NCBI GenBank assembly: GCA_963817685.1
Contig: CAWFPN010000022.1
Coordinates: 40,197 to 104,196, forward strand
Origin: an uncultured Verrucomicrobiae bacterium
GTDB lineage: Bacteria; Verrucomicrobiota; Verrucomicrobiia; Palsa-1439
Direction of reading: 5' to 3'
DNA: 64,000 nucleotides
The position numbers and the translations under genes were made by a program. The first letter of the stretch is position 1, and each line of letters opens with the position of its first letter. Under the pieces are notes generated by a model. That model did no database searches. It worked only from the letters and a program-made list of their open reading frames with translations, and had not been told where the DNA came from. Shown here piece after piece: positions 34,932-43,295 of the stretch.

Positions 34932-36377
34932 TTAAGCGCCTCCGTCGCGCTGCAACGTCTGCAGCAGGTTGCCTTGTGCGTCGAGCAGGTCCACCAGCAG
35001 CGGCATCTGGCCGACCGCGTGCGTCGAGCAGGACAAGCAGGGATCATAGCAGCGAATCGCCGCCTCGACGCGGTTTAACATTCCCTCCTGCAACTGATGG
35101 GACTTCACGTATTTTTCAGCGACGGCCTTGACGGCGCGGTTCATGGCGAGGTTGTTGTGGCCGGTGGCGACGATCAGGTTCACCTTCTCAACGCGCCCGT
35201 GCTCGTCCACCCAATAATGATGGAACAAGGTGCCGCGCGGCGCCTCGATCACGCCCACACCCTGCTCGTTGGCCGGGGTGGCGTTGACCACAATCTCCGT
35301 GCCGCAAATAGCGGGGTCTTCCAGCAATTGCTGGATGCGCTCCAGCGCGCACACGATCTCGATCAACCGCGCCCAGTGATAGTAAAACGAGCTGTGCCGC
35401 GGCGGGATGCGCGGTGTGCGCCACTCCTGCAACTCCGCGTCCGCCAGCGGAGTGGAAATCCGGTCCACTACGTTCAACCGCGCCAGCGGGCCGACGCGAT
35501 ACAGGCCGTCGGGATAGCCGAGTGACTTGATGAACGGGAATTTCAGGTACGACCAGTCCTCCGTCGTCTCGGCAATCACGTCAAGGTAGTCGGCCGGTTT
35601 GACCTGGTCGGCGATGACGTTGCCTGTTGTATCGCAGAAGCGCAACTGGCCGTCGTAATGTTCCAGCGAGCCGTCGGCCCGCACCAGCCCCATGAAGCTG
35701 GAGTCGAACGACGCGAATTCCTCGACCTCCCGCAAATTGTCCCGTTGATATTTCTTCAACAATTCGAGCGCGAACTGCGCATGCTGCATCGCTTCCGGCA
35801 GGCCCGCCAGCATCGCTTCGCGGTCGGCGGCGGCCAGCGCCTTGTTAACGCCGCCGGGCACGGGGAAGTCCGCGTGGATCTTGCGGCCGCCCGTGCGCTT
35901 GATGACTTCCTGGCCGAACTGGCGCAGCCGGATTCCGCGCCGGGCAATGTCGGGATGTTGCTGGATCAGGCCCATCACGTTGCGCAACGCCGGGTTGCTG
36001 TCGAAGCCAAGCAGCAAATCCGGGGCGCTGAGATGGAAGAAACTCAAGGCATGCGACTGGGTGATCTGTCCCATGTGCAGCAACTCGCGCAACAGTTTCG
36101 CCGTGCGCGGAATATCGACGCCGAGAATCGCATCGCAGGCCTTCGCGCTGGCCAGCAGATGGCTCACGGGGCAGATGCCGCAGATGCGCGCGGTGATTTG
36201 CGGCATCTCGGCGAAAAACCTGCCTTCGCAGAATTTTTCAAACCCGCGGAATTCGACCACGTGGAACCGCGTGTCCGCCACGTTGCCCGCGTCGTCGAGG
36301 TGGATGGTGATTTTCGCGTGCCCCTCGATGCGGGTCACGGGATTGATCGTAATCGTCTTATTGTTGGTCTCAGTCAT
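34932..36377 (-). CDS. hoxH: Group 3 [NiFe]-hydrogenase large subunit (HoxH/HydL-like)
   Basis: PVTRIEGH, L1 [16 protein letters not shown]2 [10 protein letters not shown] plus a cleavable C-terminal extension. Confidence 0.95.
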   Translation of the reverse strand: MTETNNKTITINPVTRIEGHAKITIHLDDAGNVADTRFHVVEFRGFEKFCEGRFFAEMPQITARICGICPVSHLLASAKACDAILGVDIPRTAKLLRELLHMGQITQSHALSFFHLSAPDLLLGFDSNPALRNVMGLIQQHPDIARRGIRLRQFGQEVIKRTGGRKIHADFPVPGGVNKALAAADREAMLAGLPEAMQHAQFALELLKKYQRDNLREVEEFASFDSSFMGLVRADGSLEHYDGQLRFCDTTGNVIADQVKPADYLDVIAETTEDWSYLKFPFIKSLGYPDGLYRVGPLARLNVVDRISTPLADAELQEWRTPRIPPRHSSFYYHWARLIEIVCALERIQQLLEDPAICGTEIVVNATPANEQGVGVIEAPRGTLFHHYWVDEHGRVEKVNLIVATGHNNLAMNRAVKAVAEKYVKSHQLQEGMLNRVEAAIRCYDPCLSCSTHAVGQMPLLVDLLDAQGNLLQTLQRDGGA

Positions 36378-36916
36378 AACGCATGTTGGTTGTATCCCAT
36401 TGCGGCGCGCGGCCCGCCAGCAACTCGGTCAGCGCGTACCAGATCGCGTCGGCATCCGGCGGACAGCCGGGAATATGGGCGTCCACCTTCACAAATTCCT
36501 GGATCGGCCGCACCTTGGCCAGCAGCTTCGGCACTTCGGGTGCGTGCGGCACTTCGCCCACCTGGGTGCTTTCCGTTTCGACATAACCCGCGCTCGAGCA
36601 CGTCCTGCAGCTTCTGGCAATTGCGCAGGGCCGGGATGTTGCCCGAGATCGCGCAATCCCCGAGCGCGATGAGCACTTTGCATTGCGCCCGCATTGTGCG
36701 CAACACGTGTTCGTTCTCCTCGTTGCAGACGGCGCCCTCAACGATGCCCACGTCCACCGGCGGGATTTCCTTCACGTCGGTGATCGGGCTGGCGGTGAAC
36801 TCGACCAGCTTCGCCAGGTCGATCAGACGCTCGTCCAGGTCCAGAAACGACATGTGGCAGCCCGAACAACCGCCCAGCCACGCCGTCGCCACTTTGATTT
36901 TCGGTTTGTCGCTCAT
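36370..36916 (-). CDS. hoxY: [NiFe]-hydrogenase small subunit (HoxY/HydS-like, single FeS cluster; frameshift near 36588)
   Basis: [20 protein letters not shown] in one frame; IPGCPP in the next frame. Confidence 0.9.
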
Positions 36917-38736
36917 GTAAAAATGGTCTCCAGAATGGCCGCGTCCTCGCGCGCCTGGCCGTGCGGGGGCAGGGCCGCGCGCAACGGCAGGACCCGTCCT
37001 TCGAAGTTCGTGGTGGAACCGTTTTTCTCCGACCAGACCGTCGATGGCAGCACCACCCGGGCAACGTCTGTCAGGGCCGATTGGTAGGCGGCCTGCACGA
37101 CGACGCAATCGATCTGCTCCAGCATCGCGCGCACGTGCCGTTCTTTCAGGATCTGCGCACCGCCGGCAGACTCGTCACCGGCGACGATCTGCAGGAAATT
37201 CAGCGGCTGCACGCCCAGCCACGTCGAGATGTCCTCGACGGCTTCGATCCCGGCGGCCGCCAGGGCGAGACTGTTGGTGCCCGTGGGCAACTGGATCGGC
37301 GCCAGCATCGCGCCTCCGTTGCCGCCGGCGGCGAGCGTCTCGATGAGCCGGTCGAGAATTGTGATCCCGACCGGCGTCATCGCGGTCGGCCCATAGATCA
37401 ATACGGGCCGCTTCGTCTGGGACAGCACCTCACCCAGGTGGTTCCAGAATTTTCGTTCCAGGCTGACGACTGGCGCGGAAATATCGGCGTAGGTGTCGAG
37501 GTCGCCCCGGCGCGATTCGAGGACCACGAGCTTGGCGCCGCGTTTGCGCACCGCCGTGCGGATCTTCGCCGCCACCACCCCGTGCGTGCGGCTTGGATCG
37601 GCGCCGATCAGGATGATCGCGTCGGCGTCCTCCAGCCGCCGCAAACTGTCGGGCGAAAACTCCGGTGTGCCGCACAACGCCGCCTCCTTGTCCGCCACGA
37701 ACATGCCGATGCGGTCGAAGTGGACGCCGATTGTCTGCAGCGTGCCGATCGTCTGATTCGTCACCCGCGGTGAAATCAACAGCGCTGTTTCCCAATCAAT
37801 CGCCTCGCGGATCGCCTGGCGCACGACGCCCAGCGCTTCGTCCCAGGTGGCCGGTTTCAGTTTGCCGCCCTGGCGCACCAGCGGCCCCAAAATGCGCCGG
37901 CGCGGTTCGGCCCAGGTGCCGTAACGGCCTTTGACGCAAAGATGGCCGCGATTCACGTCCGACGCGGGGTCGCCAAACACGTCGACGACGCGGTTGTCTT
38001 TCGTGTACACGACCAGTCCGCACCCGACCGGGCACTCGATGCACGTGGTCCGGGTCTGCTGGCATTTGGCGAGCGGGCCGTGAAACGCCGCCGCCTTGTC
38101 GAACAACGCCCCGGTCGGACAGGCCGCGACGCACGCGCCGCAGAGCGTGCAGGAGGTGGACGCGCCGAAGGTGCTGTTCAAATCGATGATGATCTGGTTC
38201 TTCACGCCGCGGTAACCGATGTCGAGGGTGTGGACGCCTTCGATCTCGTCGCAGGTGCGGACGCAGCGCGTGCAGAGAATGCAGCGGTTGTGGTCCAGCC
38301 CGAAATACTTGCCCGAGACGTCCTGCGGCAGCACCGGGTAGAGATAGGGATACCGGATCGCGTCGATGCCGGCCTTGTAGCCCTGTTGTTGCAGGTCGCA
38401 ATCGCCCTTGTTCATCGGGCAGATCGGGCAGAAATGGTTGCGTTCGCTGAAGAGCAACTCCAGCGTCAGCCGGCGCAACTGTTGCAGGCGCGGGCTGTTG
38501 GTGGTGATCGTGTTGCCGTCCACGGCGGGTGTCGCGCACGAAGGAACGACCTTGGGACTGCCCTTGATTTCCACGATGCACATGCGGCAGCCGCCCCATG
38601 GCGTGAGGTGTTTCATGTAGCACAGCGTGGGGATTTCGATGCCGTTGGCTTGGGCGATTTGCAAAATGGTCTGGCCCTGCGCGCCCTTGCACGGTTTGTC
38701 ATCAATCGTCAGGGTGATTTCCTTGGGAGCGATCAT
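36913..38736 (-). CDS. HoxU-like FeS subunit fused to a cofactor-less FdhF/NuoG-like domain (HydA of HydABCSL type), 607 aa
   Basis: PTLC..GGCRMC..PSC [2Fe-2S]; NHFCPIC..DC; CILCTRCVRTC; CTLCGACVAACP; CIECPVGC..LCVKGR; degenerate molybdopterin-oxidoreductase-like C-terminus (VVLPSTVWSEKNGSTTNFEGR); no H-cluster motifs. Confidence 0.85.
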   Translation of the reverse strand: MIAPKEITLTIDDKPCKGAQGQTILQIAQANGIEIPTLCYMKHLTPWGGCRMCIVEIKGSPKVVPSCATPAVDGNTITTNSPRLQQLRRLTLELLFSERNHFCPICPMNKGDCDLQQQGYKAGIDAIRYPYLYPVLPQDVSGKYFGLDHNRCILCTRCVRTCDEIEGVHTLDIGYRGVKNQIIIDLNSTFGASTSCTLCGACVAACPTGALFDKAAAFHGPLAKCQQTRTTCIECPVGCGLVVYTKDNRVVDVFGDPASDVNRGHLCVKGRYGTWAEPRRRILGPLVRQGGKLKPATWDEALGVVRQAIREAIDWETALLISPRVTNQTIGTLQTIGVHFDRIGMFVADKEAALCGTPEFSPDSLRRLEDADAIILIGADPSRTHGVVAAKIRTAVRKRGAKLVVLESRRGDLDTYADISAPVVSLERKFWNHLGEVLSQTKRPVLIYGPTAMTPVGITILDRLIETLAAGGNGGAMLAPIQLPTGTNSLALAAAGIEAVEDISTWLGVQPLNFLQIVAGDESAGGAQILKERHVRAMLEQIDCVVVQAAYQSALTDVARVVLPSTVWSEKNGSTTNFEGRVLPLRAALPPHGQAREDAAILETIFT

Positions 38737-40586
38737 GCCGGCACCCCTCCTGCCATGGGTTCTTCCTGCGGTTCCTGTGTGTGCACCCGGCCGGGCGACG
38801 TCTTCTTGACCGCGCCGAACAGGCAGGCGTCGAAGCAGGCCCCGCACTGGATGCATTTCGAGGGATCCAGGTGGAATTTCTTCTGGCCTTCGACCTTGTG
38901 AATGGTCTGCGCCGCGCAGGCGCGCGCACACAGCGAACAACCTTTGCAAAGCGGCTGGTCGATCTCAAAATGCAGCAGGGACCGGCAGACGCGCGCGGGG
39001 CAACGCCGGTCGAGAATGTGCGCCTCGTACTCGTCGCGGAAATAGCGCAACGTGGTCAGCACCGGATTCGGCGCCGTCTGGCCAAGCCCGCACAGGCTGG
39101 TGTCCTTGACCATCGCCGCGAGATCTTCGAGCTTCCGAATGTCATCCATCTCGCCCTGGCCCGAGCAGATGCGGTCAAGGATGTTCAACATCTGGCGGGT
39201 CCCGACGCGGCAGGGAGGGCATTTGCCGCACGATTCATCGCAGCAGAATTCCATGAAGAACCGCGCCACGTCCACCATGCACGAATCCTCGTCCATCACC
39301 ACCAGGCCGCCCGACCCCATGATCGAGCCCAGCTGTTGCAGCGTCTCGTACTCGATCGGCGTATCGAGGTGCTGTTCGGGGATCACGCCGCCCGATGGGC
39401 CGCCGGTCTGCACCGCCTTGAATTTCTTGCCGTTGGGAATGCCGCCGCCGACGCTGAAAATCATCTCGCGCAACGTGGTGCCGTAGGGCATCTCCGCCAC
39501 GCCGGTGTTGTTGATCTTGCCGGCCAGGCAGAAGACCTTTGTCCCCTTGGTCCGTTCCGTGCCAATGGCGGCGAACCACTTCGCGCCTTTGAGGATGATC
39601 GGCCGGATCGTGGCCCAGGTCTCCACATTATTGATATTGGTCGGCTTGCCCCACAGCCCGCGTTGGGCCGGGAAGGGCGGACGCGGTTGCGGCTGGCCGC
39701 GGCGGCCTTCGACGCTGCGCATCAGCGCCGTTTCTTCGCCACAGACGAATGCGCCCGCGCCGATGCGGACCTCCACGTCGAAATCAAATCCGCTCTCGAA
39801 CAAATTTTTGCCGAGCAACCCGTACTTGTAGGCCTGTTCGATGGCGATGTGCAGGCGTTTAACGGCCAGGCCGTACTCGGCCCGGATATAAATGAACCCG
39901 CGGCTGGCCCCCATCGCGCGCGCGCCGATGGCCATGCCCTCGAGCACGCTGTGCGGGTCGCCTTCGAGCACCGAACGGTTCATAAACGCGCCGGGATCGC
40001 CCTCGTCGGCGTTGCAGACGACGTATTTGGGAAATTCGGGCGCCTGGCGCATGATCTCCCACTTCTTGCCCGTCGGGAACCCCGCGCCGCCGCGGCCACG
40101 CAAGCCGCTGGCCTTGATCTCTGCGATGATCTGCTCGGGTGTCATCGACGTCAGCACCTTGCCCAGCGCGGTGTACCCGTCCCGCGCGATGTACTCCTCG
40201 ATGTTCTCGGGATTGATAATGCCGCAGTTGTCGCGCACGATGCGCATCTGGCGGTTGAAAAAGGTGAAATCGGCCTGTGTCAGCACCGCGTTCTGCGTCT
40301 GCGGGTCCAGCGGCAGCAGTTTCGCGTACGGCCGGCCCTTCAGGAAATGCTCCTCCACCAGCTTCGGCACCTCGGCAGCCAGCACGTTCCTGTAAAACGT
40401 GCCGTCGGGATGCACCAACGATACCGGACCGAGGTCGCACCGGCCCATGCAGCCGGTCTCGACGATTTCGATTTCGTCTTCGAGCCCGCGCTTCTTCAAT
40501 TCCGCCCGCAACGCGTCACGCGTGGCGAGACTGCCGCAGCTGGTGCAGCCCGTGCCCGTGCAAACCAGGAAATGCGTGCGAATCAT
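38733..40586 (-). CDS. NADH/FMN-binding subunit, HydB/HndC/NuoF-type with C-terminal 2x[4Fe-4S]
   Basis: N-terminal CTGTGC..CMGRC; GLRGRGGAGFPTG; NADEGDPGAFM; GGPSGG; ESCGKCPPCR; HILDRRCPARVC; CKGCSLCARAC; CIQCGACFDAC. Confidence 0.93.
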   Translation of the reverse strand: MIRTHFLVCTGTGCTSCGSLATRDALRAELKKRGLEDEIEIVETGCMGRCDLGPVSLVHPDGTFYRNVLAAEVPKLVEEHFLKGRPYAKLLPLDPQTQNAVLTQADFTFFNRQMRIVRDNCGIINPENIEEYIARDGYTALGKVLTSMTPEQIIAEIKASGLRGRGGAGFPTGKKWEIMRQAPEFPKYVVCNADEGDPGAFMNRSVLEGDPHSVLEGMAIGARAMGASRGFIYIRAEYGLAVKRLHIAIEQAYKYGLLGKNLFESGFDFDVEVRIGAGAFVCGEETALMRSVEGRRGQPQPRPPFPAQRGLWGKPTNINNVETWATIRPIILKGAKWFAAIGTERTKGTKVFCLAGKINNTGVAEMPYGTTLREMIFSVGGGIPNGKKFKAVQTGGPSGGVIPEQHLDTPIEYETLQQLGSIMGSGGLVVMDEDSCMVDVARFFMEFCCDESCGKCPPCRVGTRQMLNILDRICSGQGEMDDIRKLEDLAAMVKDTSLCGLGQTAPNPVLTTLRYFRDEYEAHILDRRCPARVCRSLLHFEIDQPLCKGCSLCARACAAQTIHKVEGQKKFHLDPSKCIQCGACFDACLFGAVKKTSPGRVHTQEPQEEPMAGGVPA

Positions 40587-40964
40587 TTATTTCTGCTCCG
40601 GTTCCTTGATCTTGCCGACGGCCAGGCCGTCGACGACCTTGCCCTTTTCCAGGTGCTCCGAGACGATCTGGCGCGCGGCGGCGGCATTGACCTTCGCGTA
40701 GGTGACCTTTTCCCCCGACGCGTCCTCCACCCGGATCACCGGCTCGGCATCGACCAGCCCGATCTCGCCCGTGACGGCGACTTCCACGTTCTCGATGCCG
40801 CGTTTGTCGAGTTCATCGAGCATGGAGGTCATCACGTCCCGCGCTCCGGCGGCGATGCCGCTGGTGCCCATGCTGAACACCACGCGGTACTTCTTGTTGC
40901 CTTCACGCAGCGCGACGTGACGTTGCGCCTTTTCTTTGAGTTTTTTGAGTTCGTCGAGGTTCAT
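40587..40964 (-). CDS. Thioredoxin-like ferredoxin homolog (HydD/HndB-like) lacking all cysteines
   Basis: MGTSGIAAGARDV..TGEIGLVDAEP..VTYAKV..IVSEHL matches the family pattern MxTCGIAAGA..TGCIGxC..EP, with Cys replaced. Confidence 0.8.
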   Translation of the reverse strand: MNLDELKKLKEKAQRHVALREGNKKYRVVFSMGTSGIAAGARDVMTSMLDELDKRGIENVEVAVTGEIGLVDAEPVIRVEDASGEKVTYAKVNAAAARQIVSEHLEKGKVVDGLAVGKIKEPEQK

Positions 40965-41424
40965 CGTGTCTCCCTTCCTGTGAGCTGAAATGAAACGTCT
41001 GGCCGTTGGAACGGTAGTGCAGTTGCACGTCCACATCCTGGCGGGCGCACAACGTGAGAATGGTGGCATTGAGGTCGCCCAGCGGCGGCCGGTCGATGTG
41101 CGAATAGCGCATCGAGGCCGTCACCGACGTGCCCCGGCCCGGCGCGGAGCGGACGTGGAACGTTCCGCCGCACATTTCGGAAGTCTGCCGCAAAAACGCC
41201 AGCCCCAGGCCGATGGCTTTCAATCGGCTTTTCTTGCTGGTCCGATTAAAGTTGAGCACCTCGCGCAATGTCCGGGCGTCCATGCCCTTGCCGTCGTCGC
41301 GGATGCGGATGATCAGCCAGTCGCGCCGGATGTCTTCGATCACCACGACCTGCAGCGTCTTCGCCCCGGCGGCCAGTGAATTCATGCCGATGTCCAGGAT
41401 GTGCAGCGAGAGTTCTTCAAGCAT
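40903..41424 (-). CDS. Stand-alone histidine-kinase-like ATPase (HATPase_c); 3' end uncertain
   Basis: ELSLHILDIGMNS, IRDDGKGMD, IGLGL, SHIDRPPLGD, as in hyd/hnd operon accessory genes. Confidence 0.85.
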   Translation of the reverse strand: MLEELSLHILDIGMNSLAAGAKTLQVVVIEDIRRDWLIIRIRDDGKGMDARTLREVLNFNRTSKKSRLKAIGLGLAFLRQTSEMCGGTFHVRSAPGRGTSVTASMRYSHIDRPPLGDLNATILTLCARQDVDVQLHYRSNGQTFHFSSQEGRHDEPRRTQKTQRKGATSRRAA

Positions 41425-41995
41425 ACTTCTTCAACTCCTTCTGGCAAAAACGCGGGATCTTGTCGGGCGTGAGCTTGCCGTACACGTCGTCGCCGACGGT
41501 GATGGCCGGCGCCAGCGCGCAGGCGCCGATGCAGCGGGCCGTTTGCAGGCTGAACAACCCGTCCTTGGTCGTTTCGCCGTGGGCGATGCCGAGTTGCTGG
41601 CCGAGCCGTTCGACGACCGTGGCGGCCCCGCGCACGTGGCAGGTCGTGCCCGTGCAGACCATGATCTGGTATTTGCCGCGCGGCACGACAGAGAAGAAAT
41701 TGTAGAATGTAGTTACTCCATAGACGTGGGCCAGCGGCAGCTTCATGGCCGTGGCGACGTAACGCAGCACGTCGGGCGCTAGATAACCGAACGTGTGCTG
41801 CGCGGCGTGCAACACCTGGATCAGCGCCGTCGGTTCGTAGTTGTAATGCTGCAGCGTCTGGTCGAGCGACGCGAAGCGTTGGTCGCCGCTCGGATGGTGC
41901 GGCAGCATCGGCGCGGTGGACGGGTTCGCGGTGAGCGTGCCCGGCTGCGGCGTGATCGATGCCGTGGCGCTGGCGGGTGTCGTGGTCTCACTCAT
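41417..41995 (-). CDS. [2Fe-2S] subunit HydC/HndA/HoxE/NuoE-type
   Basis: LIQVLHAAQ..FGYL, VYGVTTFY, CTGTTCHVRG, RCIGACALAP. Confidence 0.92.
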   Translation of the reverse strand: MSETTTPASATASITPQPGTLTANPSTAPMLPHHPSGDQRFASLDQTLQHYNYEPTALIQVLHAAQHTFGYLAPDVLRYVATAMKLPLAHVYGVTTFYNFFSVVPRGKYQIMVCTGTTCHVRGAATVVERLGQQLGIAHGETTKDGLFSLQTARCIGACALAPAITVGDDVYGKLTPDKIPRFCQKELKKYA

Positions 41996-42353
41996 GGTCG
42001 TTCTCCCCTCGCAGTCCGGCCTCCCAGAGTTTGCCCGCCGCTTCGTAAGTGGTCAGCGGTGTGGTCAGCAGCGCGATTCCTTCCTGCTCCGCCTCCGCGA
42101 CGATCTCCGCCTCCGGTTTTCGTCCGCAGGTGAAGAGCACCGCCGTGATGTCCTTCGTGGCCGCGACGGAGACGACGTTGCGGTGCGTCTGGATGGTGAC
42201 CCAGAGCATGCCCGGCCCCGCGTGCGCCAGCACGTCGCTGAGCAGGTCCGAGATGTAGCAGCCCGTCAGCAACTCCGGCACGGCATCGGTCAGCGGTTCG
42301 GCCTGCAGCATCGCGATCAGCGTCCTGGACTTGACCGGCAATTGTATTTTCAT
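41988..42353 (-). CDS. DRTGG-domain protein
   Basis: GCYISDLLSDVLA, LWVTIQTHRNVVSVA, TTYEAAGKL. Confidence 0.85.
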   Translation of the reverse strand: MKIQLPVKSRTLIAMLQAEPLTDAVPELLTGCYISDLLSDVLAHAGPGMLWVTIQTHRNVVSVAATKDITAVLFTCGRKPEAEIVAEAEQEGIALLTTPLTTYEAAGKLWEAGLRGENDHE

Positions 42354-43275
42354 GAGGGTGCTCCCGCTTGGCGCAGGTAAATTTCCGAGCGCAACCGCGT
42401 TCCGCGTTTGCCGTCCGAGGTAATGGTCAGCTTGTCCGAGCAGCGCTTGATGTTGGGCAATCCCATGCCCGCGCCGAAGCCGAGTTCACGCGGCAGGCGG
42501 CCCGCGGTGGACCAGCCTTCCTGCATGGCCTGGTCGATGTTCTCGATGCCCGGCCCGGTGTCGATCGCCTCGATCACCACCTTGTCGGGACCGATGGTGG
42601 CGATGATCTCGCCGCCGAGCGAATGGATGATGATGTTCGTCTCCGCTTCGTAGGCGACGACGGCGGCCCGGCGGCGGATTTCCGGGTCGATGCCGCGGTC
42701 GCGCAGACCTGGCGCATGCGCTGCGAGACTTTGCCCGCGCTGTCGTAATCGCCCGTGCGCACGTGCGCGCGGACGACCACGCGTTGGGCGGCTTCGTCAT
42801 CGGCCCGGGAGGCGCGCAGCACGGCTTCGTGGGCCAGCGCTTCCTCGGCGCGCCGTTCGAGGTGATGCATCAGGCAGCCGGTGATGTCGCCGCGGGTAAT
42901 GACGCCGACCAGCCGGTCGTTGCCGTCGAGCACGGGAAAACGGCCGAACTCATGCCGGTCGAATTCCGCCACGGCGCGCACCAGCGAAAAATGGTCGCGG
43001 AGCGCGACACGACGTTGCGGGCCATGCGTTGTTCGGCGGGCTCATCGATATAGCCCTTGTCAAGCGCGCGGATGATGTCTTCGATGCTGACGATGCCGAG
43101 CAAGTGTTTCGCCGTCGATCATGGGCACCCCGGAGAACGCGGCGCGCTTTCATCAGCATGCTGGATCGTGCGCAGCGAATCGGACGGAGCTGGCGGTGAT
43201 CGGCGGACTTGCTCATGGCGTCGCGCACGCGCAATTCATAGACGAGGATCTGGGCGACCGAGATTTTTCGCGCAT
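42350..43275 (-). CDS. CBS-domain plus RsbT/RsbW-like Ser/Thr kinase (several frameshifts)
   Basis: Fragments: LRVRDAM, GIVSIEDII, GRFPVLD..LVGVITRGDI; DTGPGIENIDQAMQEGWST..GFGAGMGLPNIKRCSD. Confidence 0.8.
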
Positions 43276-43295
43276 CGCCCGCGCCGGCGGATTGC

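Noticed and set aside
34932-35060. [NiFeSe] hydrogenase
   Set aside because: The L2 motif has Cys codons (DPCLSC) and no in-frame TGA.
36913-38736. Formate dehydrogenase or [FeFe]-hydrogenase catalytic subunit
   Set aside because: No Mo/W-ligand Cys/Sec-His motif, the pterin domain is shortened, and no H-cluster motifs are present.
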